In this document: one piece after another, positions 11,451 through 23,740 of the stretch
How positions within the stretch are numbered: the stretch's first letter is position 1
How the letters are laid out: every line of letters starts with the position of its first letter
DNA from: Vicugna vicugna
Taxonomy: Eukaryota
Direction of reading: 5' to 3'
Assembly (NCBI GenBank): GCA_013265495.1
Contig: MU058241.1
Span: 1,241,249-1,305,248, forward strand
DNA length: 64,000 bases
The notes under the pieces: generated by a model
The model's input: the letters and a program-made list of their open reading frames with translations, nothing else
Databases searched by the model: none
What the model was told of the DNA's origin: nothing
Position numbers and translations under genes: made by a program

Positions 11451-13564
11451 AATCTATTTTTCCTATTTTTCTGGGAAAGTGTCCCATGTTTATGCATGCC
11501 AGAATATGGATTATTTTTTTCCTGTCAGTTCCATTCTTTCATAATTTCAATGCAAATTTAAATTTGGTCATTGAGCCTTGTGTTTCTGTTTCTTTGTTTT
11601 TAAGTCCTGTCTGTGTACATTTTATCCTGTTCTCTTTTTAACACTCCGTGAATGCCTTTGTATATACAATAACGGAAGAATATATTAACTCTCGATATTC
11701 TGATTACAAAATAATCTCAAGTCCTTATAAAGCTGATTACGTATCAGGAAGACCTAGAACATTTTCCAAATGATCCTTTAGGAAGAACTTCTCTTTCAAA
11801 GCTTTCCCCCTTTGCAAAGGTAAGGCAGAGGTAAACCTGGAGATTTCTGCACCTTACACATAATTCTGCGAAGAGCAGCTCTCCCATGGGAACCACTTAC
11901 ACATCTACAGATAACCTATACAGAATTTGAAAAACATTTCAAAGGACTGTATTTGTCTCTGCTTTGAAATAAGCGTCTAACTCACACCAGATTAACCCAT
12001 CCTGTGAGGGAGAGAGACGGCAGAGGACTGACTCAGAGCCCGGATGGTAAGGAGGCAAAGTCCGAGGAAGGCTCCATCCCCAGATCTTCCTTCTGTGTGG
12101 TCAGCGGTCAATCAGTAAGTGCCAATGGACCCACAAACGCAAGGTAGCCCTTCAGGAACTGACCTCCTGCTTCCAAGCAGCTTACAAGGTTTGAGGGAGG
12201 GAGTGACTAGGGACAGGCTTGCTGAGGGAGGATGCTGGCTGATGGAAGGCCCTGGTTAAAGGATCAGTCTAGGAGCCGGTGCCATGATCACCTCAATGGA
12301 GTTTAAAGCGCACACAAGTCCTGCAGTGCAAGGGCTGAGTCGTGGGGGACAGAGACTAAAGGCAAGAACGCTAGGTCACAGCAATAAAACCGTATCAGGA
12401 AAACTGAGAACACCTTCCGCTGCGTGATTGCTGGATACTTGACACGCATCATTTTGCTTAATTATCTTAACACTTTCATGCAGGGTTGGGGAGGGGGCAA
12501 GTGTTCCGAGCCCAGATTTGGGAAGACAGACCCGACAACGAGCGTCCAGCATCCTGACACGTACGTCACCTCCCAGGCCCTCCGCGCCTTCCCCTGTAGG
12601 TGGCGGTGCCCCCAGCAAGTGGACTTAGTGCAGGTGAAGCATTTCACACGGCGCCCCGCAGTCAGAAAGGACTCGGAGTGTTCGTTAAGCAAAGCCGTGC
12701 CCATTGCATCCGGTATTTCAGCTGGGTGTGGTGACATTCAGGAGACGCGTGCAAGTCTGTAAGCCAGGCTGCTGAAGATCCACAGCGTGTTCTGGATCTC
12801 AAGCCAGGGGAGGCGAACAGACCAGGAGAAAGATGTTTGTAGAGAAAAGCAGCAGCCAATTCAGAGAAGCAGCAGCTGCGGCCTGGCTAGGATCCCCTCC
12901 AGAAAATACATTTTCTCCTCTCCTGCCTCTCTCTTTCACCCGTGGCTCCAAAACTCCCAGAAAGGTTTTGCTTTAATCACTGGGGACAAAAGAAGAGAGC
13001 AAATTCCATGCTGACTAAATAGGGCCCGCGTCCCGCCGCCCTGACCAGACCTCACGAGGTGCTCTAAACTGGGAAACAGGAGGCTTTGTGAGAAGCATGA
13101 GAAGGCAGACCCCCTGTTTGCCACCTGCGACAGGAACCAGTTTAATAATCTTGCTTTCTTTAAGAAAATTAGCATACGTGTGCTCATCACACTTAAGGTG
13201 TCATCCAGGGAAGCAACTGCTGATGAAAACAACACATCACGCGGTCACTAGATGCGCAAGAACAAATCACCTCGTGACAACAGGCTAGAATCCAGACAGA
13301 ACAACTGGCACCTTCAAGCCCCCCTGCCGTAGGGTGCTTGAAATGCTCAAGCCCACATCCTCCTGCTCTTCTTGTTTTTATCAGACTTTGAGCCCAAGTA
13401 AGCAGCTTACACACATGTAAGACACTATGAGGACGCTTGGCCAGAGTCACGGCCCAGACAAGCAAGGACCCACCATCATTTTTAGTATCTATACACATGC
13501 AGGCCTCATGGTGTTTTTTATTTTTGTTTTCTTCCAGAGGTACAATTCCCATGCTGGGAGATTT

Positions 13565-14026
13565 TGTTGCCAAATAGAAGTCCCTGTGACCAAGGCACCG
13601 TGAGGCCAAACTGGAACATCGGAGTTTGAGGCAGAGAAGCGTTTAACTGCAGGGCCGAGCAGGGAGCACAGGGTGGCTCTGACCCAAGAAAACCCCGAAC
13701 TCCTGGAAGGCGTTCAGCAAATCATGGTTAAAGGCCAGGTAAGGGAGGTGGGGCTCAGGGTCCATGATCAGCTCATGCCCAGTTATGACTGGCTGATGGC
13801 TGACGTGGAGGTAGGAGTGTGGTCCACATGGTCAACCCCTAGGCGCCAGGTCTGGGGGCTACATCCTCTCCATCATGAAGCACTTAATTTCTTCCCTTTG
13901 GGGGTGGTTTTTAAACATCTGAAAAACTCAGGAAAGACACATGAGATACTATTATCTGGGTCCTTCAGAGAGGATATGGGGAGCAGCCTGACCCTGGAAG
14001 GCCCCCCAGGGTCCTGGTAGGTTAAA
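13565..14026 (-). mobile_element. Solo ERV1-type LTR
   Basis: Starts TGTTGCC and ends GTTAAA (degraded GTTACA); 4-bp TSD ATTT at 13561-13564 and 14027-14030; internal motifs GGAGTTTGAGGCAGAGAAG and AAACCCCGAACTCC. Confidence 0.75.
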
Positions 14027-14374
14027 ATTTTCCTTTGAAGGAAAGCCTGTGGGATGCAGGGGTGAGAGACTGGTAATGGTGTCTCCCTGTGGACGACTGA
14101 TGAAACCGAGGATTTGACGTGGATGGTGGGGGAAGGCACTGGAGGAACGTCCAAGTGAGAGAAATCCCATCCAGTTATGTTCCAAGCTGGCGTGGGCAGT
14201 CACACACGGCGGTATCATCCACCAGCACAGCGCTGACCCTGCACTGTCCTGGGGCTGGGGGCTGACGTCCGGTGCGCCCGTCGGGGAAGGCTCGATCCAG
14301 GCGGGCCTCCCCAGAGAGAGGTCCGTACGGAAAAGGCATTGCTGATTCTATCGTGTCTTTTAAACGTGAGACAT

Positions 14375-14565
14375 CCTGCCTCTCTGCTTAGGCACGTCCA
14401 CAGGTGAATCTTCAGAGTTACCCGGTGAGGCGGGCATGAACACACCTACTTCACAGTGGAGGAAAGTGTGGCCGAGAGGTGGAATCCACCGCCGGGCTTA
14501 CAGATCAGAGGTGGGACCAGGAATACACCCAGGCTGTCGGAGGTGGGAGCACACGCCCTGTATGT
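14375..14565 (-). mobile_element. MIR SINE fossil
   Basis: TTCACAGTGGAGGAAAGTGTGGCCGAGAGGTG resembles the MIR core. Confidence 0.5.
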
Positions 14566-15840
14566 CAAGTCAACACACTGCTGGGCTCAGGAAGCGGGAA
14601 AGGATGGGGTGAGGCAGCCGGGGCGGGAGTGTGGGCTGACACTGCTCCAGCTTCCTCTGCCGGGATAGGAGCACGACGTGCTGCCCTGCAGGCCGTGCGC
14701 TGCTGTATGCTGACACAGACTCCTGGGCCCAGGGGGGTGGGGACACACGTCCCACCTCATCTCAGGACCACGGGCTGGTGGCACGGTCCCCCAGATACGG
14801 GCTTGGCCATGGATTTCCAATCCAGACTGAGACACCGCAGGCTGTCGCTCTGTAAGTTACGATGAATCAGCATGTAAGAGTTATTCCTTCCACTGCATGG
14901 TGTATCAAAGGAAGTGACGGTAGGGGGTGGGTAACATTTACTGGAAGGAGTAAGGGAGCTCATCGCATCAGGAACGGTACCATCATTCTACAAAGGGTAC
15001 CCTTGATTAAGCCATGATCCACTAGCCTTTCTTCAATTCCAAGTCCAGTGGAGTCTGCAAGGACAGGCACCATTAGGGGGCTGACCGTCAGTGAATGGAC
15101 GTCCTAGCTGCTGGGCAGATGATTTTTAATGCGAACTCCAATGCTCAGCCTTCTGTATGTCTCCTTCTCCTGGGCAACGCCACACAGCTTTGCTGCCCCC
15201 CCCCAACTATCCAAGCGTTCTCTAAGTCACTGTGACTGAGTTCTATTTTGTGCAGTGGTGATTTTTTTTAACCACTCTATCCAAGCACTGGCCCCTCGGA
15301 AAGGCAAGGTTCATGCCCACAATATTATTTGCACATTTTCCCTCTCCAGTATCATGGATTACAATTTCGTGTGGTACTCAGCTGGGCGCCCAGCGAGAAG
15401 GAGCCCTCAGCAGGCGGGCCAGGCATGGGTTTCCCTGAGAAATGCCCGTGTGTGTGCACGTGTGTCTGTGTGTTTTAGGAGTGTCATCCTTGTCCTTCTC
15501 TTGGGATCACTTATTCAATCAAAGTATTCCTATGTCTGTAAAGAGGATGCACTGGCAGAATGAAAGAACGGGCACTGGTCTTGAGCCTCATGATGGAAGA
15601 ATCAAATCGACTTCATCCTTTCTTTAATCTTTCTCTAAAGCCTTTCTATGGTTAGTTGTTTTATTAATTATCTGAATGTGTGATGTTGTATGTTTTTTGA
15701 AAAAAACAGAGTAGTACGTTTCCGTATGTTTTATGGCGGTAATAGAGTCGTTGGTTGCAGGTGTAACCTAAGGCTATAAATATAATGCTGAGCGCAAGAG
15801 CAACCCTACGAGGAAAAATGAAAGAGTAAGAAGCACCCGA

Positions 15841-16045
15841 GACTTGCAGACACTGACGACTGTATTTAAGAGAGATAAACTGCAAGCCTACACTGTACAG
15901 CACAGGGAACTATACTCAGTACCTTGCAGTCACCTACAGTGAAGAAGAACACGTAAAGGAACCTATGTGTGTGTGTGCGTGACTGAAACATGGTGCTGAC
16001 ACAACGCTGTAACTGACTCTGCTTCAATTAAAAAAAAAAAGAGAG
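15841..16045 (+). mobile_element. Heavily 5'-truncated L1 3' end with polyA
   Basis: CACAGGGAACTATACTCAGTA...TTCAATTAAAAAAAAAAA; TSD AAGAAGCACCC / AAGAAGCATCC (15828-15838, 16051-16061). Confidence 0.85.
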
Positions 16046-16632
16046 AGAGAAAGAAGCATCCAAGCAAGACCGACTGCCAGGACCTGAGCTGCTGTCTCCC
16101 ATCACAGGGCAGGTGCCCACGGACAGACACTGCGCGGTCAGCAGTGGGCAAACAGCGGTGCCGCTGGAGAGGAGGTCAGACAAAGAAAGTGTCCAGCGAC
16201 ACAGCAGAATGGATCACAAGGCAAAGTGTCTGTATTGGCAAGGACCTTCAGAACCCGGTCTAAAACGGAGGGCTTCCCCGTGTTACCCCTCCCGTGTCTC
16301 CCTTGTCTACGTTAGCAGGGAATGCTGCAAGCTAGATACTGCCGGTCTGCTAAGAGCAATAAGGGCTGGAAAGAAGACTCAAGAGATTTTCTTACCCGTG
16401 AAGGAAGTTTCTATCACTGTGGGAAATCGTAGGTTCCATCTGGTTGTGTTCACGGTTACTTCTAAGGGGACAACACTTTGGAGGATTTGATCCCATTTAC
16501 ATTTTCCCTACAAAATCTCGTTTCATTATAGAAGTGGTCCTGAATAAAGGCAAAATAAACCAGTACAGAGATGGATACTAATAAAATATTAATGGTGAGG
16601 GTGACGTTCCAAGAGGATTGAAAGTAGCAATA

Positions 16633-16712
16633 GTGGACACAGCTCAGTGGTAGAGCACGTGCTTAGCACGCACGTCCTGGGTTCAATCCCCAGTACCGCC
16701 ATTAAGAAAAAT
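16633..16712 (+). mobile_element. tRNA-Ala-derived SINE (Vic-1-like), short copy
   Basis: CAGCTCAGTGGTAGAGCACGTGCTTAGCAC...GGTTCAATCCCCAGTACC. Confidence 0.85.
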
Positions 16713-17035
16713 TTATATATATATATGTATCATGTAAATATTCATCTTTCAGGAAAGGATGAGGTCAATTTCACAGACTCACAAGGACACTGGCCTATTG
16801 TTTCGTAACAACTGAATGCCCAGTGTCTCCCTGCTTCTGGACCTATGGCCCAACATCCCTGGCCCTGGCTGCTTGGCGTTCCTGTTTGGTTTCTGTTCCA
16901 AGGAAATCATTTCCTTGTTTGGGAGTTTGGCCATCTCTCTTCAAGTTTTACGTTGTACGTTTTCTCTCTCAGTTCATATTAGAAGCAAAGACGAGATCTC
17001 ACAGTGAATTTAAAATTTCACACAGAACGGGCAGA

Positions 17036-17745
17036 GCTATGGACTGAATTGTGTGCCCCCCAAATTCATAGTCTGCAGCCCTGATCACTCATGTGATGGC
17101 ATTTGGAGGTGGGGCCCATGGGAGAGGATGAGGTCTGGATGAGATGGAGAGGATGGGTCCCCTGGGATGGGATTAGGGTCCTTATAAGCAGAGGAAGAGA
17201 CACCAGAGCTTCCTCTCTCCATCAGGGTGAGGACACGGCAGGAAGGTGGCCGTCTGCAAGCCAGGAAGAGAGCCCTCACCAGAACGCAACTGCCATAGAC
17301 TGAGTGTTCATGTTCCCCTCCCCGCAAATTCACACGTGAAATCCTAATTTCCAAAATGACTGTTCACTGAGGCGTGGCCTTCGGGAGGTAAGGCTACCCC
17401 CTCACGACCAGGATTCGGGCCATTGTACAGGAGCCCAGAGGGCCCCCTCACCCCTCGCACCACGTGAGAACACAGCAGGAAGATGCCGGCAGTGAACCAG
17501 GAAGCAGCATCTCACAAGGCACCGGATCTGGTGGCACCTTGAGCTTGGACTTCCCAGCCTCCAGAACCGTGAGGAATATGTCCCTAGAGTTCATACGCCA
17601 CCCAGTCTGGGGCATTTTGTTGTCTAAAACCCTGACCATGCTGGTGCCCTGGCCTCAAACGTCCAGCCTCCAGAACTGTGAGAGAACGAATGTTTGATGT
17701 TTAAGTCTGTGGTATTTTGTTAAGACGAGAAGCGACAAGAGACAA
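17036..17745 (+). mobile_element. Two nested MLT1A/B-type LTRs (inner copy about 17291-17630)
   Basis: The LTR start motif occurs twice (CTATGGACTGAATTGTGT at ~17037, TGCCATAGACTGAGTGTT at 17291), as does the 3' motif CCAGCCTCCAGAAC..GTGAG. Confidence 0.8.
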
Positions 17746-17862
17746 GACCTCTCTACCAAGAGGGCCAGGAAACTGCACGAGTGAGCCAGTCGAGGCTGGG
17801 CCTGAGGGCCAGGATCCATAGGTGCGTCTGTGTGTTTGTGCACATCTTCACAGGTAAATTTA

Positions 17863-17995
17863 TTTATTTTTATTTTGGGGGGTAATTAGGTTTATTGGTT
17901 GAATTTTTCTTTTTAATGGAGGTACTGGGGACTGAACCCAGGAGCTTGTACTCGCTGAGCATGCGCCCTACCACTTGAGCTGTACCCTCCTCCCC
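17863..17995 (-). mobile_element. tRNA-Ala-derived SINE (Vic-1-like)
   Basis: Reverse complement of the 7251 and 33772 elements; TSD TCACAGGTAAATTTA / TCACAGGTACATTTA (17848-17862, 17997-18011). Confidence 0.9.
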
Positions 17996-20900
17996 ATCAC
18001 AGGTACATTTACTTGAAATACTTTGGACGCTGCATATTTTGTTGAACACGTGAGCGGAATCAAATTCCTACTCTAGAATCTTCTCTTGACCTTTTAACGT
18101 TCATCTGCCAGAGTTCTATTATCTCCAAACGGAGAACAAGACATGGTAACATTTCCTAACAGGGGTTACACCTCCTTGGAAGCTTCCAGAATAGGACAAG
18201 GTGTAGGTAAATCAATGACTTAGCTAGAAAACACATGGAGAGGTAGCCAAAAATATAACACTGGTTCATTATCAACAGGTGATTCAATCTTACGAGAGAA
18301 ATAAAAAACTTTTGAAAGACAAACTTTTCCAATAATTACGTCCCAAATAGAGAAACTGAAATAAATAAAGCCATCAGAAATCTAAAAGTATAAAAAACAG
18401 CTACTTTCATGTCACTGAGACATCTCTGCTCTGTGAGACAATATCACCTATTTCAATCTTGAGCTATTTTTGCATTCGGTCCATCTGCGCAGGTACCACA
18501 TTTAAGGCAGACGTGTGATGGAGGAAATCACGCCTACTCCAGTGATTAATTTAGAAGATTCACTTGAAAAATAGCCTTACCTTCCTCTAAATTAAGAAAT
18601 ATTTACTCTCACTCTGCAGATGTCGAATGAGGAAAGAAATGATATGGCTCGTGGTTTCAAGAGAAATGTCTCTTCGCAGTGTTATAAACTGTACGCTGCA
18701 AATTAAACTTCTACAAGCAAAAGTCTTCCTTCACTCGGGGAGAACAGACATTGTTAATATAATGCCTTTCTCAATTTTAGGGTTTCTGCATATGCTTATG
18801 AGAAGTTAAAAATAGCCGTGTGTGACTCAGCTAACAACAACAAGAAGACAGAAAGCGGGGTAAATCAGTCCACTGATTAAGAAAAACCTAACTATGAAAG
18901 TTGCCATAAAGAATAAAAACCCTTATTTTTGCAAAAACATGCTATCCTATTTCGATCTATTCATATCACATAGTGGCCCCATATACAATTTTTAGAAAAG
19001 CATAAATTTCAAGTAGACTTGTTTTTCTTGCTTTGAGTATTCGATTTCACCAGATGGATGAAAATGGTTTCACAAAACTGCAAATGTTTAATTAAAGAAC
19101 TGTGCATTTAAAAACAGTCAAATCACACACAGATGAACAACATCGACATATTTGTAATTCAGGTCTACGTATCAAGGGATGCAAACATTAACAAAATCCA
19201 GTGTTTCACCTCAGCAGGGGTAGCCAAGGATGGAGGCACAGTGGGGGTGAGCCTTCTGGGTTTCAAAATTAAAATCTCTGCCCAGAGAAGGGAGTTGTAT
19301 CCACCAGAATTGTCGGAATATGGTAAGACCATCAGCAACTTGACCTCTGCCTTCACGTAGCTTCTACAAATCAGGACAAACAACTATTCTACGAGACAGA
19401 ATAAAAAGCCCAGAAGAAGTTCAAAAAAAAAAAAAATGGTGACAGTGCTAAGTAAGATTCATTCCAACAAAGGTGGTGTGAAAATGGGGCGCGAGGCAGT
19501 GGGCGATATTTGGTGGCGGGGTGGCCTTGGACCCAAGCCTCAAATACAGATGTATTCAAAGGGCAAGAAGACAGTCTGAACACGACAGATGAAGCCCATT
19601 AGTGCGTCGTGTGCATTTAGTCTACTTTGTGAAACGAGCTAACCTCTTTTCCCTTCAGAATTTCAGTCACCTTGATTTGCTGAAGTTTATCCTGATGGAA
19701 GCATTATGATGGGAAAAAAAGACAGAATGAGGGAGAGGTGGTTCTCGGGGTGGGACGTGTATCCCAGAGGCAGGCAGGCAGCTCAGGGGTGGCCTCCCAG
19801 ATCCAGACAGTTACAGCCCCAACGGCACCTTGGGCACCGAGACCCCAGACCCAGAGGAACCAACCAGGAACCGGGCTGGGGAAAGAGCAAATGAGTGAGG
19901 AAGTTATAAAGGCAGCCAGCTCCGTGTTTTGCTTGGCGCTTGCCCATGCATTTTCTTGTAAGCTGTCTATTCCCAGATCTGGTACCCACTCTCCTTCTCC
20001 ATCCCTGTGTGAGGCCAGCAGGGTAGGGGTACTGGGGAAATGCAGAGAGCCCTCTAAAGTTATCAGACTCTGCGGTAACAGGACAACATGTTCAGAGCAG
20101 GAGACCAAGAGCAGTTGTGTGCATCAGATGGAAACTGAGCGTGGGGGACCCGGAGACACGCATCCCTGCAAATGTGATTTGGTAGCAGCAGAACTCGGGC
20201 TCAAAGCCACCTTTGGGAAATCTCTTTCCAAACCCCGAGCGCAAAGTGCATTCTCCCATCTAGGATCTACTAAATAATACATAGCAGGCAGAGCCATGAG
20301 CACAGTACACGACGTGGTTATTTCCAGAAGCCTTTCTTTCACCAGATATTTTTAGCTCCATGTTATCAAAAGAATAAAAACAGACACAGAAAACTTTTTC
20401 TCTTTACTGCTTAAACATCCCTGACATGCCTGGGCACTGTACAGTTGGAAAAGAAAATGCTTTCAGGATGAAAATTAAAAATGAATGACTTTTAGATTTG
20501 AAGCATAAAAGCCGAAAGAAAAAAAAAAGATTTTACATTTTCTCTTTCAGTCAAATATATAGTCCAGAGCGTTTCCTCTGAAAGGAGACAGGGCTTAAAT
20601 AAAAATAAATCTTGCCTATACTTTTTGGAATGGGCTTGTGATTTTCATCATAGGAGGAAAGGGGATGGAAGTGCAATACTAGCAAACGAAATGATGTTCA
20701 CCGTCGGGACCACACTGGTGAATTATTTAAGATCGGGAAAGAAATACCCATTTCCCGTAGAGAGATGGCATTGCAGACTAGCTACAAAGGCAATGGACTA
20801 AATAGGTTTCAGGGATACTTATTGACTGCTTGCTTCAGTTTACAAATTAGAGAGAAATTGAATGCATTTTAATGAATGTAACCATGCACACGCAGAGAGG

Positions 20901-21489
20901 AAAGCGTATTATTTGTAGCTGGCTCATACTGCAAGGGAGAGGTGCAATTTCATAGGAGTACAATCTCTCCTTTGGAATTGGCTGAATGATTATCACTGCT
21001 GATTCTTGATGAATGTGCTTTATATCAAGTGTTAATTCAGACTTTAAAAATCAGGACTCTGCATTTACCTTGATGAATGTTTATTGATACCGACACGTGG
21101 TAGGAATAGTATCATTCACACAAAAATGGAATCCCTCCCCCTGCTCGACAGCTCTTCCCACCTGAAGGTAAATATCCACCTCCCGTGGCTCCAGGCTGCG
21201 AGGACTGGAAGAAAGCAAAAGCACACGATGCAGGAAAAACAGTGTATTCCTCCACCTTTTTTTTTTTTTAAGTTTCTCTCTTATATTACTGCTCACACTC
21301 ATCTTAGAAACCTCAGTCTTCTTCAAACCCAAGTGAGTTTTCCCTACTGGCTGCTTCTAGGGTCCGGGCATACACTTCACCCGTCTCCCCATCACTGTGT
21401 GTGTAACTTTACCTAAGCCTCATCCTCCAAAAATCAGCGCGCAAGTCGGCAGCACTACAGCAAAGCAATCGGAAGACCCAATTCTATCC

Positions 21490-21640
21490 GAAGTCCCCAC
21501 CCTCGGCTGCACGCTAGAATGAACTGGGCAGCTTTCAGAAATTCCAGGGTCTCTTCAGACCAATTAAATCAGAATCTGGCAATAACGTTTTAAAACATCC
21601 TCTGTTGATTTTACTGGGCAGCCAACAACTCTGGTCTAAG
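21490..21640. mobile_element. MER5-type fossil
   Basis: GGCTGCACGCTAGAAT...CAGACCAATTAAATCAGAATCT. Confidence 0.6.
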
Positions 21641-22264
21641 AGATGGCCATTGGCTCATTCTATTAACCATGTAAGGGTATTTACAATCAGGGCATTAAAA
21701 AAATAATGCCTTAACTCAGCAGTTTCTTAGAAGAACGTTGTTCTCCTGAAATTAACTAACAGGTGTTGAGTGAGTCAAGAAAAGCAGGGATTTCTGATTT
21801 AACGAGTTATCATATCAGAGGCGGAACTGAGTATGACAAATACTCTAGGAAGGGATGCTTTTAAGAACCTACAAATAAAACAAACACAGAACACGAAAAC
21901 CTTTGGAATGCATTAATCCAGGACTCCCAAATTTGGGGGTCACTCAATTTTTTTTTCACAGCATCAAAATTAGCATCCTGCAAACATGAGATTATATGAG
22001 TTATCCACTAGGAAAAGGCTATGTTAATGCCATAGGATCACTCTCTAATTCCAAGTCTTCTCTCAGACACTGCTCACATTGCACCCCTCAATCTGAAAGA
22101 CCAGCTAAAAACACAGGGAAGGGCTTTTCTTCACCAAGGAAAAGCCATCTCCAGATTCTCCAGTTGAGATCCGTTTTACTGACTTGCAAGACGAAGTTTA
22201 AATATTGAACTTCAGAGCTGGAAGGACCGTGAGGCATTACCTAGGATAAAATTCCAAAATTCCT

Positions 22265-23036
22265 ACTGCAGGACGTTGTGAAGCAGGAGTTATTTGCATA
22301 CACGCGCTGTGATACCACGACAACAGCTGCTGACTGACCGGCAGGTGGTGTCATAGGAAGAACAACCAATCTGACTCCATCTGAGACCTGTTCCTTTAGC
22401 TCTAAGCCTGTGCTGCACCCTGGGCTCAGTCATGCTGGTGCTGCACCTTCTGTAGAAGGATGTTGCCTCGAGCCTGAAATGTACAGGAGAGCCCATTCTC
22501 AAGGCTCTGACCTTTAAAACTGTAACCCTCCTCTTCCATTCATGCAGAGGTAAAAAGTTGCAGAACAGAGGATAACATCTGTCCTGTTGGAGGTTTACAG
22601 GAACACTGTGACCTGACCCCTGTGGACAGCTGCAGGAACAAAGCATTCTGACACCCAGAAGTCCACAATAACCAACCACGCTTAGTATAAAAGGAGTGTG
22701 AATTCTGACTTGGGTAGATGGTTCTCTAGGGGTTAGTCTCCCATCTTCTGGGTCTGCTGGCTTTCCGAACAGACTGGTTGTTCCTTGCCCCAGCACCTCG
22801 TCTCCCCATTTACTGGCCCACCGTACGGTGAGCAGAATGAGTTTGCACTCAGTAACAGCGAGTCACACTGGACAAAGGGAGGACTCGTATCCCCAGCAGC
22901 GCTCACACTACTCAGAATGGCAGCATTTAAAACTTGCGAATTGTTTATTTCTGGACTTTTCCATTTAACACTTTCACACTGCAGTTGACTGAGGGTAACG
23001 GAAACCAAGGAATAGGGGGGAAGGGTCCCTACTGTA
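22265..23036 (-). mobile_element. MER44 (Tigger7 derivative), split by an LTR
   Basis: CTGGACAAAGGG...CTACTCAGAATGGC..ATTTAAAACTT..GAATTGTTTATTTCTGGA...CTACTGTA. The left part (22265-22348) continues the same consensus. Confidence 0.7.
22349..22857 (+). mobile_element. Solo ERV1-type LTR inserted in MER44
   Basis: TG...CA ends (TGTCATAG ... AGTAACA); TATA box TATAAAA at 22686-22692; no intact AATAAA at the expected position. Confidence 0.8.
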
Positions 23037-23267
23037 TATGGAGGAGACACACGCAGACCTTCCCACAGGGTAGCTGCGACCAACCTATGACATCGTCTCA
23101 GCAGGTGTCAGTGTTAAGCTGCAGGCAGAGGACATGCTGGGCTGCCGGCTGAGAGGGGACAGCAAATTCCCTTGGCCACTTGCTCTGAGAAGACACAGGT
23201 GCACAGGAACTGAGAGATGTCCTTGGAATATACAGAACAATGAGGATGCAAGGAGAACTGAGTCTTG

Positions 23268-23740
23268 ATTTTTTTAAAGACAATTTTTTAGGGCAAGTCT
23301 GCAACAAAATTGAGAGGAAGGTAGGAGACACCTCCTACATAACCCCTACCCCCACACATGGATACTAATGCCCCCTGTTACCAACATCCCTCACCAGAAT
23401 GGTACCTTTTTCTTTTAACCAAGGACGAACCTACATGGACACATCATAATAGCCAAAGTCCATAGTTCACCCGAGGGTTCCCTCGGGGTGTTGTATACTC
23501 TGTGCATTTGGACCAATGTACAGTGCCGTGTATCTATCATTATACCATCACATGGAGCACTTTCACTGCCCTAAAAAGTCTCTGTTCTCTATTCATGACC
23601 CTCCCCCTCACAAGCAACCACTGAGACTGTCACTGTGTCTACAGTTTTATCTTTTCCAGAATGTCATTAACAGGTGCAGCACGCAGCCTTTTCAGACTGC
23701 CTTCTTCCGCTAAGTGATACGCATTTAAGGTTCCTCCACT
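23268..23740 (-). mobile_element. L1MC-type 3' end
   Basis: CAAAATTGAGAGGAAGGT...CACCAGAATGGTAC...TTTCACTGCCCTAAAAA...CCTTTTCAGACTG. Confidence 0.75.
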
